Assembly: GCA_051362555.1 (NCBI GenBank)
Contig: CM120642.1
Location: forward strand, 1,302,001 to 1,366,000
Source: Lingula anatina
Taxonomy: Eukaryota; Animalia; Brachiopoda
Reading direction: 5' to 3'
Length of the DNA: 64,000 nucleotides
The notes under the pieces are model-generated. The model did no database searches. It had not been told where the DNA came from and worked only from the letters and a program-made list of their open reading frames with translations. Below are positions 26,040-38,537 of this stretch, in pieces. The translations under genes were made by a program, and so were the position numbers. Every line of letters starts with the position of its first letter. Within the stretch, counting starts at the first letter, position 1.

Positions 26040-28109
26040 TTGACATCCAACCTGACTGTAGCCTGGTGAGTGATAAACGGTCAATTGCCAATAAGCCTGT
26101 TATCAACCATCCCTTTTAAGACAATTTATGGTGTTTTAACAAAAAAGACGTTAATTGCTCCCATATTATTTGAAGTTCTGCTACTGTTGAAATAAAAACA
26201 ACTGCTGTAGAGTCTGTTGGGAATGAGACAGAATGTCCCTTGGGTTTTTCATCAAATTATATTTCTTTGGGGAGAAGTTGTAAAAGCAAAATAATTAAGT
26301 TTTCAGTTTCTTTTGTTTATTATCAGGAAAATATTTTGCTTTTTTGCATTATCAATTTTTACATTCTTTAGCATCATTTTGCTTTCCATCAATTTTTAAT
26401 AAGTTGAAAACATCACAAAATCTTTTCATTTGCAATATGCTTCTGCACTGTTTGACATAAAGTCACTTCATGATCACTAAGACTTAAGTATAATCTACCT
26501 TAATACTGAATCATTATCTATTTCTATTAGGCTCCATATTATGAAGCACAGATAGCCTTGCTGCTACAAGTTATAGGATAATTTAGCATATAAGGTTTCC
26601 ACTGAGCACCTTGTTATCATAGGCTTACCTTACTCCCTTCTGTAATGTTTGTAATTAAGTACAAATCTGCAGGCTGACATCTTTCAGCATGATGTTAGAT
26701 GAGAGTCAGATTATATGGCCAAAGGTCAAGACTGACCATATACTATGGAGTATACTATATGGGAAAATAGGGACCTCTCGTGGTCCAAAAAATCAACATT
26801 TTCACCAGTTTTTTAATGAAGGATTTGGTGGTCTGAGGGTTCTATAGTGAACATTCAGACCAATAGACCTGCCTACTATTGAACCTTCGGACAATTGCTG
26901 CGGCCCCAGGAGAATTAACAGATTACAAACAAAATATATTTCATATTCTTCTTTATACCAGATATCATGCAAATGTCTGACTTGCACAAAAGAAAATCAT
27001 TGTATATTTGAAGTAACAAGTGATTTTTTAAATGGATTTTCTAAATATGTCTGACAAGATGAAAAGGAAATATTAGAATTTATGCACATACATCTACCAA
27101 TTTCACCATACCCACCACAGACTCTCACAAAAAAAGAGCAATATCCTTTTAATGTCTGCAAACACAGAACTTCTCTGATTTCAACTCTAGAAGGTCGGTT
27201 TGGAAAGTTTATGTGACGTGCCCTTTCCATAAACTACACACAGTTTGTACAAAGCTGTGTCTAAGTGGGCCCGTAGGCACCTTCCTCTATGCTCAGTTGT
27301 GTTTATGAGCAGATTAAGACAAGTGAATTTCTCATACATCACCTTGCTTATTGCCTACAAACCAAAACCCTTCTTCCGCCATATTGGAAAAAGAGATTTG
27401 GTTCATACTTGGTGAACCAAAATGTTTATTTCCAATAAAACCTTGATAACTGTTATCACACTTATGAAATATTTATCTCTAAATAATGTCTATCTGTCCT
27501 ATTTATCAATCCCAGAGGAATCCAGCCCCCTTTTCTGCCAATGATATCAAAATTTAAATCAATCGCATCCAAATAAATAGAACTGCTTTATAATATCTTG
27601 CTGTTGTCAAATCAACAGTTTCTTATAAATCTTCCACCTTTTATCACTAGTGACTGAAATATTATTTTGTTGCTTCTTCTACTCTAAATCTATTTCTGAT
27701 GCAACAGAGATCATCACAAATCACTGGAAAATGACATTGTAATTGCTCATCGTATTCAACGAGATCTTATTCCTAGAGAAAATTGCTGAATTAAGAAATC
27801 ACTTGGGGACAATTAAGCAAATTCTGAATCAAATTATGCTCTTATAGATACTGATGTCTGGTCCTTTCAGTTCCTTTCAATCAAATATTTTCCTGAGAGG
27901 ACAATTTTAGGGAATTCAAGTTATGGACATAACACTAGTGTGTGGAAAGACAAAAAAATATATGATATCAAAACATTATATAAGACAGCACTCTCAAAAC
28001 AAACATCACACAAACCAGTTGACAGCTTTTAATTCTGCTTTTAAAACAACCTTGTGTGCTGTTTAAAATAAAACTTAATATTAAGTCTCCACAAAACATT
28101 GTTATTTAC

Positions 28110-28296
28110 CTAAGTTTCCTGGCGCATTCAGATCATTCAAGTTGTTAGGATGTCCTAACGGATCCCTCGCTTGATACTGACTTCCCCTGTATCCATTGTC
28201 CACTTCTCCCTCAGACGAGCTGAGAGATCCTCGCCTTGTGTCCTGTTGAGAACGGCTCCTCGGTACTGGACGAGGCCGATCATTATTGGCAGCCAT
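28110..28296 (-). CDS. TENM: First coding exon of a putative teneurin (N-terminal intracellular domain); the full exon probably starts at the acceptor at 28393
   Basis: ATG at 28296 in the context AAACATGG, with an in-frame upstream TAG. Encodes MAANNDRPRPVPRSRSQQDTRRGSLSSSEGE...NAPGNL. Donor TAG|GTAAAT at 28110/28109, phase 1. Upstream acceptor TCTGTTTACTGTTTCAG| at 28394/28393. The Arg/Ser-rich start resembles teneurin N-termini (recalled, not searched). Confidence 0.75.
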
Positions 28297-28399
28297 GTTT
28301 TCTAGAGAAGTTTTCTATTTCTTCATAATGCTCAGTAGCCTCTGTGGTGTAGAAGGCGTCAAGTCAGTCATGCCGACCTGGGTGGTGGGATCTCTGAAA

Positions 28400-28560
28400 C
28401 AGTAAACAGAGCACGTGACCTGATGAATGTGCGGCGCGGGGTGTGGAGGGACCTAGCAACCGCGCAATCGGTTAAAAATGTGTGCAATGCTATCATTCAT
28501 CTTGAGTAACTCACGGACTCGCGTTTACCATTTAACGCTCAATTATGGGCCCCATTTAAT
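28400..28560. promoter_or_regulatory. CpG-enriched patch upstream of the ATG exon (possible promoter or enhancer)
   Basis: GCGGCGCGGG, CCGCGCAATCGG, CTCGCG and an E-box CACGTGAC in otherwise CpG-poor DNA. Confidence 0.35.
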
Positions 28561-30973
28561 GAGAAGCCTTTTGAAAATAAACACATCAAAAAATACCGAC
28601 TGAAACATCAATTCCAAAATCAATTGATTGCTGACCGAACTACACCTTGATAAAATTTCATTTATTTTCATACGGTTGTTGTTCATTTTTCTCTATCAAT
28701 CTTGGCATATAGATATGACACTTTTGCAGATTTTTTACAGTAGCCAGCAAGATAATATGACAACCTCTTAGAACAAAGCAAATCAAAATTACACCAGCAG
28801 AACTTTTTATGTACTTTTTGAAACGGATCTGCCAAATTTTGAGAAATGTAGTGTCAGTGCAGTATGTGCTTGCTTTTCAATTGACTGTGACAACTGGAGC
28901 TTTTGTTGCAGCCAAAAAGTTGGACGCCACCACTGGAACAAAGACCCTTTCAAACCATATCACCATCACCATATCAGTGTTCTGGACATTTCTAAATCTT
29001 TCATTATTGACCAGCCACCTTTATCACAAAAGTTTAAGTCCAAACAAAACAGATTTTTTTAAAACTCAGATATTAACCATTTCCACATTTCAGAGAATTT
29101 CAGAAGAGTCTGTGCCACTAAATACAGGAAAAACAATTCAACCACAAAAATATGCATACCTTATAAAACATCAAAAATTAATTTTTGCATCTAAAATAAT
29201 ATTCACTTAGACTGATTTTTCTGTCAAGATAATTTAAATCAGATTTGCAAAAGCAACTTTTGTTCCATCTTCTTAAATAAAATCTTTATAAAACATACCT
29301 GTGCAGTTATCTCTCTCAGTTTTCTCCTAACAAGTTACAAGTAAAAGAGATTGCTATTGGCATCATAACCTCTGTACTTACTACATAGATATGGGCATTT
29401 CTCCCCAATGTGTTCAATATGGCTTATAACAACTAAATAAAGACACTATTTCCATCACTGCTCTAAAACAGAGCACTAAATCCATGGGACTTCTCAGCCA
29501 CTACAATGTTTATGGTACCTTCAGCATAGTAAAGTTTGCTATCTGAGCTTGAATATTAATCTCAAGGAGCTGCCACTACATCTGTCTTAAACTAAATGAA
29601 CATTCAGCTTATCAGATGTCTTTAATATTCCTCTGTTAGACGTGTAATGACCACTTGGTGTTATCTTGATGTTGGTGGATGATAAGACAAATACTGGGGT
29701 TACTATTGTAACACTAGCAGTGGTGTGGATGGACACTCAGGGAAATTTACTTGTTGTTGCAGGTAGTTTTGTTCATAAATTCAAAGTGAAAAACTGTGGT
29801 CAGTAGTAAAATAAAAGACCAAATTAATATTAATCTCCAAATATTATATATTTTTTCATGAATCATGACTGTGCCAAAAAGATGTTTAATTCTGTACTCA
29901 AACTGTTACCGTATATGTTGCTATTTAAGGCATTTCCCTTATAATTTCCTCATAAAAAACAACAGAATAGGTTCTAATTTCATACACCAACTCATTAACT
30001 TTTTGCTTTCCTTAACATGTCCTAGGTTCGCCCACCTGACCTCAGGGGCTATTAATGGTCAACTGATACACCTGTAATGACCAATAATACACCTGATGAT
30101 TCAGTAGGAGAAAACGAACAGAAAAACAAGCCCGTTACCCTGCCTTACTCCAAATGAACCAATCACTGGTAAATCTGGATAAGATTATGGCTTAAATGGT
30201 GTCAGGTTTACTTCTCTCCTAAATCACTCTGATGACTAATAATTCTGAATGCCACCAATTTAAAAATTCGATGTTTTTTTAATGGACTTAGGAATCTCCA
30301 CGGCAAAATTAATCATCTTCGAACAAACCTGTATTAATATAACAAAAAAATTATGAAAAGAGTTTATATATATATAAACTGCTATTCTTCAGATGTGAAT
30401 CCTTGTGCTCTTTTTTTGCATCAACAACCATGACAAAACAAAGGATTGAAAATAAAAACTAACAACTGGTGAGTCTCCTGTCTACATTTTCTACACAATC
30501 TCTGATCAGAACAATTTTCTGATCCATTTGACATGAAGAACAGCATCCAAGAAGAAATGGGGTTTAAATCATAACCAGATATCCACCATGGGCTAGTTTC
30601 CTTTATATAGCCGCCCTAGTGTCAGTTTTTAAAATGTGTGGTTGTTCACTTCCTGAAGTCTCTTTTTTAATATTTCCTATGTAACTGAACTACATTACAA
30701 ACAGTCTAGAATTTAACTGAAGCTTGAACTTTTTAGTTTTAATTTTGTTAATTCATGGTTAATTTCTAATCACATCAATAGAATATTAATGATAAATCAT
30801 TGATAAAATACTACTGACATTACTTCTGTAATTGAATTTTTTAAAAATGTTTGGAACTGCAGGTTGTGTAGACAGAGCAATGTTTTGACTGACCAAATGA
30901 CCCAACCCACCCAGAGGTCAAGCTGCAGGTCAAACCAGTGACAATGGTCATCAATCAGAACCCCTGGACAGCC

Positions 30974-31040
30974 CTGGACACTGACCATTACAACAATAGA
31001 CAACTCTGGACACTGACCATTTCAACAATAGACTGGACAC
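30974..31040. repeat. Short tandem repeat, ~2 x 32 bp
   Basis: CTGGACACTGACCATT(A/T)CAACAATAGAC occurs twice. Confidence 0.85.
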
Positions 31041-32886
31041 ATTTTGGGAAGTCTATCAAAGTATCATCCATCAACAAGTGACATTAACTGCTTAATAATG
31101 AAGTCTGAATTGGTAGCTTTAATCCAATAATAATAAACAAATACAGCCATTATTGTGATTTTATTTCAAAGCGATAAATAATCTATTTGCAGGAGATTTT
31201 AAACTGTTCTGTATTTCTATGAAAATAGCATTTTCCAAATTTATTTTTTAATATTTTTTAAATTTCAATAAATATACTTCAAATATCCAGAGCTAGTTTT
31301 TGTGTTACTGCAATCTGAAACATTGAGGAATCAAATTATCAGATTCAGATGAAGTAAAAAAAAAAACACATAGAAAATAACCTTGAGCAGTTTCTTTGGT
31401 GTTGGTTATTTACCCAATTCAAACTTCAGATTCTAATCTTATTAATTCAGCGTTGAAACAGGCATTGCAATCATTTTTTTTTTCCATTTACATTTCCCAT
31501 TGTTTTTTTTCTAATAATGTTTCTCTGTTGTTTTCTTTTTCTTCTTCTCTTCAGATATTCAATGCACCTACAAACCTGCCAAAACATCCCCACAGAAAAC
31601 TTACAAGGAAAAGCAATGGTTTCACTCTTCGTTAAAATGTCTAAAACACCTGCACGCTTGGCTCCTTCTGCCAAAATGTCTACCTTTGACTTTTTCCTGA
31701 TTTCTTTTCCGCATGCAACTTTTCCTATCTGTCAATTTTCATCAAAAAATATATAAGCCCCCATTAGTCAATTGCAATTTGATTAAGCTCCTATAAGTCA
31801 ATTATCTCGCGTATAAAAAAACATAGCTTTCTACGCATTTTTATGCTGCACTTTTCACACTGCGTGGCTCTGCAACTGGTACCAATGTCAGGCTTAATTT
31901 TGGTTTGTAATTGGACAGCTAAACTACAACCTTCAATTTCGGACACATGCAACATCCAGAACAAATGCTTAATGTCATTCTTGAATGCACAGCACTAATT
32001 CTTATGAGAACATTTTATTCTGGTAAATTATGATATTGTAAAATATAGTTTGGTGCTGTTTGACATGTAAATTGCATGACATAAGTTCCTTGCCAAAATT
32101 TTGTTTTTTAAACTGAAATTTAAGTCCGCTCTGTAACCAAATCATTTTGTAAATCAAGTGATCATTCTTTATTAGTGCTCATGTTTCAATGTCAATGAGG
32201 TCAAACTCATTCAATATCGTAAATAGCCTTAAAATTTTTGTTTCAGCTAAATTACTAATTTCTTTAACCAAATCATTTATCCCTTGGTTCAATTTGCTGA
32301 AATACTTTAAATTTCAATGCAAAAACTAAAATTACAGAAAGTCTTCTACTCTGGTCCACCACAGCAACTGCCCTAATCTTCAAGACCATAAAACCCACTC
32401 GTCCAGACCTATCATGTTGCCGCGGCAACCACTACTAACAGGTTCTCCTGCCCAGTTGTACACAGGTTAGGGACCTTATTTTCCACCTCAATACAATCTA
32501 AACTGATAACACTTCCCTCAAGGCAAACCTCAGGACTTTTAAATCATTTTGATAAACATATTAATTTACATTTTTACTATTTTATGGAGTGTGTCCAATA
32601 ACCCTAAAATCAAATTTGTACAAGTTTTATTTTCTTTTGAAAAATAATCAAAGGGCATGATTATTATGACAGTTTGTGTTAAAATTTTGAATATGGAATA
32701 TTTAATCTTTAAAGTCTTCAAAAATGTTTGATCAAAGATGTCTTATTCTTAGAAAAAAAAACATTGTAATCAATTCATGAAATAAAATTTAACATTCACA
32801 ATGGTGATGGCTGGAAAGTAATAAGGTTGCCTTAGTTGAGTTTATGTATCATTTTACCAATTCCAACATCATTTAAATATACTTAC

Positions 32887-32945
32887 GCTGAACTGTTGAA
32901 AGAAAGAAAACGTCCACAACTGACTTAAGTCTGGCTCTCAATAAA
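32887..32945 (-). other. Possible small 5'UTR exon (59 nt)
   Basis: Acceptor CCTGTGTTTCCCCAG| and donor AGC|GTAAGT. Signal pair only. Confidence 0.25.
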
Positions 32946-35018
32946 CTGGGGAAACACAGGGGCTGGAGAATTACTTAACAAATACTCTTCAAAGATGAAA
33001 GATTTTGAAAATCACTGCAACATTTAAGCACTTGGTAATGTGGATACTTCAAGAACGAAAGACAGGAGGAATTCAGAGGAAGAATTTCAAGGAAGAATTT
33101 TTTTATGCTGGATAAGCACATTTGTTAAAATCAATTTGTATACTTTCTCCCTTTGTTTGTTTGCTTGTCAGGACCATGTCAGACGCATACTTCTTGGGCA
33201 GAAAAAATATATGAGGAGCCAAAAAAAGTAGTCTGAGGGAAATTGAAAATCAATTTAGCAGTAAACCCCTAATTCTATTAGGGCCCCTTATGGTTTTCTG
33301 TCAAACACAATAAATTCCCACTTTTTAAAAACACACAGAGGTGTATCAATGTTATTGAAACAGGTGAATCCCATGCTTTTAATTTATTGGTAATAATATA
33401 TCAATCATATATTTAGAAACTGAAATTCATTTTAAAGCAAGTACCTTCATAAATAGTAAAAACACAGAAAATCCCTCTTGTTCATTGTGTAGAATATTTG
33501 GCAGTGATAATGTATCACACTCTATTGGCTTTCATCAGGAAGATGGACCCTTTTAATGAAATATAAATACTAAGGTTTTAACTCCAGTGTTAATTCAGCT
33601 GATATTATGAGGCCCAAAATCACAAACCCATCCTGTCTACATAGTTATGTCAGGTGGAATTTGTTATTACGCCATGTTTCCATATAAGCCGCATCGTCAC
33701 ATCTCATTGCTAGGGCCTTTTAAAAGTTTTATCCTTCATGGTATTTTATGGTATTTTAAGAAAATTGGCCAAAGCTGCCAACTGAAATCAGATCTCAATT
33801 TGTACCCCTGGAAATGTTATACTTTTCTGAAAACATTCCTCCATTTTCAAGCCACACTTTTTATTAGCTCATTGTCCGGCTGACCTCTAGTAACTGGTTG
33901 TTGGTTTGTGTTCTGGTGTTGGAAGATGTAAACTCTAATTCCTGGGGGGAAAACTCAAAGTAGGCCAAGAAATTCTGCAGTACTGTTAGTATGTGTGTAA
34001 AACATGCAGACTTTCAGTCAAGCTGCACTAACTTGGATAGACATATTACCAAAACAATGGGGTAAATAACCAAAGCAAATTTCAGAAGCATTTCAAAACA
34101 TCCGACATAAGCGTAAAGATTTGCTGGAATATAAGGCCATGTTTGTTTCCATACAGTATGTGCTTTTCTGAGATGGCAGACTATGTGCCAAAATAATGGT
34201 GTTATAATGAGTGGTCCTTTCTTTTCTAGAGCTCAATGTGAAGATCACAAACTGCTCATTATCTTAAAACATTTCATTGCATACTTACTGGTATTTTATT
34301 GATCAGCTTTTTTTAAATTCTAAATTACTTTTCCCCTCAAAAAATTAATAAATAAAAACAATTTATAATTAATTAATAATTTATAATCAAAAGACCCCCA
34401 GGAAAACACTAATTATTCACAAACATATTGCATTACACAATTCTTATCCAATTTCTACAAAATGAACGAGATGCACATCATGGCCACACTACACCTCACG
34501 AGACTGGGAGTTCTGACCAATGGGAGGAGACCGCCGTGTCCAGTTACGTCAGAATTTATTTTGCAAGTTGCTCCAAAAGCCAGAACATTGTTACTGATCC
34601 GTAATGCTGAAACGTGATTCCCACCAACAACCGTTAAAAAAACAGTTAAAGATTTTAGAAAGGATATCTATCCGGCCTGTGGTTTACTTTGGGCTGTTTG
34701 GGAGACTGATCTGCTAGACTGAGTAAGCAAACCTAATACAACTTCATTAAAAAACTTAGAGATAAAAATTGGGTTTCCTGGCTGGACTTCTTGTGAAGGC
34801 TTTTAGTCAAACCTAGAAGGAATGCCACAATCAGAATGTGTTTACTAACTACTGCATTATCCTGTTGTTATTTTGCACTGTAAAAGAGTCTGACTTGTTC
34901 ATTTTGAGTATATATTTCAAAAGGAAATGGCTTTAGCCTGTGGTAAGAGCAGTCATACTCATCACCCGATTGGGTGAAAAGTCAAGTTCCATCATTTTGC
35001 CCTAATACTAAACCTTAC

Positions 35019-35174
35019 CTTTGAATGTTTACACAACTTTATCCACAGAAATCTTGTTCTTTTTTCTCATGTAGTGACAGTTGACAGATTGACACCCAAA
35101 TTTTCTCTTCTTTTTTTCTCCTGCTGTCTAAATTTCCTTCAACGTCAATTCTTCCCCTTCATTCAGAGGGTATT
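35019..35174 (-). other. Candidate non-coding 5'UTR exon (156 nt)
   Basis: Strong acceptor TCTTATTTATTTTCAG| and strong donor AAG|GTAAGG, with a purine-rich body on the sense strand. Stops occur in all three frames. It would explain the acceptor at 28393. Confidence 0.5.
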
Positions 35175-35680
35175 CTGAAAATAAATAAGAGGGAGAGCCA
35201 TGAAAATCATGAAATTTGAGACTAATGCCACTTGAAATGGTTGCTTTAGCCCACACCTGAGGCAGGCTCCTGTCCTTACCCTAAAATAATACATCTTTTG
35301 GGTAATCTTATTGCTGGTATTGGTCACGGAGGGGGGTGGGGTGTGCTAATCTCCCCCTTAGATAACACAGGTGGACACTTGGTGCAGTTTAACATGTAAA
35401 AAGTTATCAATATTTATAAATATTATCCATTTTGACAAGATTAAAAATCATTATTGTACTGCAGCTGGTTTTGCTATAGTTTGAGCAGGCTAGTAAAATG
35501 TTTCTTTCTTTGCTAAAATATTGTGTAAATAATTCTGATGGATTTCTTTCTCTGGTAGAACCTAAAAAAGTTTATAATTGATGTGAAAATTTACCAAATA
35601 ATATACAAAATTTACATGGGCCTGGCTAGTAAAAAAAACTTGGGTAGTAAACAAAACAAGCATACTCTGATATGTGTAAG

Positions 35681-35820
35681 ATTATTATTCATAATGAAAA
35701 AAAATGTAAAACGTTTCAATTTCTACACTAACTGAAAACGTATCTGTCAAATTATTATTCATAATGAAAAAAAATGTAAAACCATTCAATTTCTACACTA
35801 ACTGAAAACGTATCTGTCAA
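35681..35820. repeat. Recent tandem duplication, 2 x 70 bp
   Basis: 35681-35750 and 35751-35820 are identical except for 2 adjacent mismatches (ACGTTT versus ACCATT). Confidence 0.95.
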
Positions 35821-37557
35821 AGGAAAACAAGTTCAATTTTCAGTAGTAAACATGTATAATTCTCAACATAGACACTACAATTTGTTTGGGCTTTACTTAA
35901 CTGGTAATATGAGAGATTTGTTTCAGGGTGAAAAGGTACAGTGCCTCAGAGTCTCATTATAAAAATTACTTTGAAAATGACTGCTAAAGCAAATGTCCCT
36001 TTTAATAATCCACCACATTAAAACATACATGTGGGTGGCACTGAAATTGGGGCATATTTATTTTAAAATACACTGTTTCAATAGCTGCATTACAAGCTGA
36101 AGTGAACTAATTTCCCCTTGCAGTGCTGACTGCATTTCTGGATAACTTTTCCACTTCTTTCAAATAAAACCCAAAATAAAACTCCTTTCAATTTTTTTTT
36201 TTCACCCTGAATCCATGTATCATATATCTTAACCTGGCAAAAATGCAGAACCTTGTACTAAACAGAATAGGGATTTTTTTTGAAATACCTCTGGCTATTT
36301 TACCAGCAAAAGAAACAAAGATGGCTGCATTCCTGTACAAATCCCTGTCCAGTCCAGTTACATGCTTCCTTTTCTACCTCATCATTGTTTACAGTAAAAA
36401 CAACGGTTCACTGCACTAAATTACAACCTCTGCAATTCTTTAGTAATTTTTAAGAGTCAATCAAAAACATCTTAAACTTTCCCCTATGACTGAAAACTTA
36501 AAATAAGTGCACAGCTATGGATTGTTTTGACAGCACAAAAATGTCTATAAAATCCCCAAAATATGTCCTGCACTAATTTTTAATAGACTTCCTTTTCAAC
36601 AGTACACTAAATATTTCCTTATTAATGAGTGATGTTATATGAGGTAAAAATATTCTTTTAACATCTTAATTTGTTTCCCAAAAGTTTTAAAGTTTATGAT
36701 TCACTGGCAATGTGAGAGGATCACTGATCAATAGCCTAACAGAGTATCAAATGGCAGTTCCCAGATGAGATGATTTCAAATTAATCTAATGTCTCTATCT
36801 CAATTTACATAACATTTACATGGCTGTGTCTTCTTGTATACAACTCAAATAAGTGAACAAGTTAGTCTGTTTAGTTTTCCCAATATGTATTAATTTTAAG
36901 AGTTGTTAATAAGCCCTCCATTTTACATCTCTCTAAATTGCATTCATAATAAATAACGCAGGCCTCCCATGTTTAACTTAGAAATCCACCAGTAGTTTTA
37001 CAGCAAAACTTCATAATCCTTGCAAAAAATTTCTCTTAAACTCAAAAAGCCCCAAACTCACCATAATCTGGTCTGATGGATTGAAGAACACTATATAGGC
37101 TTAAAATCTTTCTCCTAACACAGTGTAATCCTCCTTATAGCAACTCTACATATTGGATATGAATATAATATGTTAACCTAAAATATTTCCTCCAAGTATA
37201 CCTTCCTTCCTCCAGTTACTCTCTCCAGTGGTGTGAATGTCATCCACAAAGCTCACAATATCACCACTACTCCTACCTAACACATAAATATTTCTCGTCT
37301 TCTTCACCAACTTGCTCCACTGGTCTGGGCCAACGACTACTGTAAATTCCACAATGTGACCGCATAACCTGTGAACAGCTTAGAGAACCTACCTCTCACC
37401 AAGCCAGTCAAAGTGGAGTTAAATATTTGCCAAACACTTGAGACAAAAGCAGAAACTTCCCCCTGGAAGGTGCAGCAGGCCTGTTAGCACAAGATTTGTC
37501 ACCAGGAGGTTTCTCCCTTGCTGACTTGCTGAATGCATTTAAAAAAGTGCCACAATA

Positions 37558-37860
37558 CATGAAGTGGTACCTTGAACTTCTACAGTCTATTTCCTATTGT
37601 CTTTAACACTAGGTTATGAGTTGCCCTGTTGATTTTCCTGCTGTCTTCAGGTTTTAAGTTGTACGAAGTGCGGATACTGTACTAGAGCAATGCTGCCTAT
37701 TGAGTTCATAGAAAATATACCGAACTCGATGAAGCAGTACCTTGCAACTTCCACTATTTATCTCCTATTGTTGGCTGTACTGTCTTGTACACTGGGTTAT
37801 GTCTTACCCAGAACTCTCTTCTGTCTTCAAGCTTATTGCTACACTGAGTACAGAAACAGT
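37558..37860. repeat. Old degenerate tandem duplication, period ~170 bp
   Basis: ATGAAG..GTACCTTG..ACTT, CCTATTGT, ACACT.GGTTATG and CTGTCTTCA each recur in the same order. Confidence 0.7.
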
Positions 37861-38311
37861 TACCATAGCTGTGTTGTCTGAGTTGACTGGATGAAGTAAG
37901 AACAGGAAGTCACGTGGAGTTTGTTTAGGTGGGATAAGAAGGAAACTCTCGAGTTCATCTTCACACCAGGTGGCCCTGTTTACCTTGATCAAATACAGAG
38001 TAATATCTGAAGACTAGGACTGTTTTGTTCTAGTGTGTTTAGATAGTTGGTGTGTGTTGTTACTGGCACCTTCAGTTTTTGTTTCTCCAGAAGACAGAAT
38101 AAGAGAAAAATCATCTTTTGATCACTGTGCTAGTAAAGCTAATGTAGTATTGTAGCCAAATAACTGAGCTGTACAATGTGACTAGGTGGTCCAGCAAAAA
38201 TGCCCCCTATGCTACTGCCACACCTTGATACTAGATATGAAACATTTAAAACATGATTTCTCTCAAAAGCAACAATGAGGAATTTGCATTTAAAATATCA
38301 AAACTGATTTC

Positions 38312-38537
38312 CACCCTATTCCCATAGATATACCATCGATCTACGTGAATCGACCTAATTCTAAAGGGTCTCTCACTGAGTGCAATCAGTTTAACTAAAT
38401 GACATGCTTCCTCTTATTTTCAACATAGTCGTATTATCTCCAGCTTTTCTGCATTGCACTTAAGGACTGGTTAATCTGCTTAGAGAGTCTATCTGGGTCG
38501 ATCTAGGTAAACTGATGGTGTCTGTGGGAATGGGGCC
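38312..38537. mobile_element. Older, degenerate MITE, PIF/Harbinger-like
   Basis: Left end CCCTATTCCCATAGATATACCATCGATCTACGTGAATCGACC versus reverse complement of right end GGCCCCATTCCCACAGACACCATCAGTTTACCTAGATCGACC. Right flank TAA. Confidence 0.6.

Noticed and set aside
26740-27230. Possible DNA transposon fragments (also near 44000-44270 and 45250-45430)
   Set aside because: Composition is suggestive, but I found no paired TIRs, TSD or second copy.
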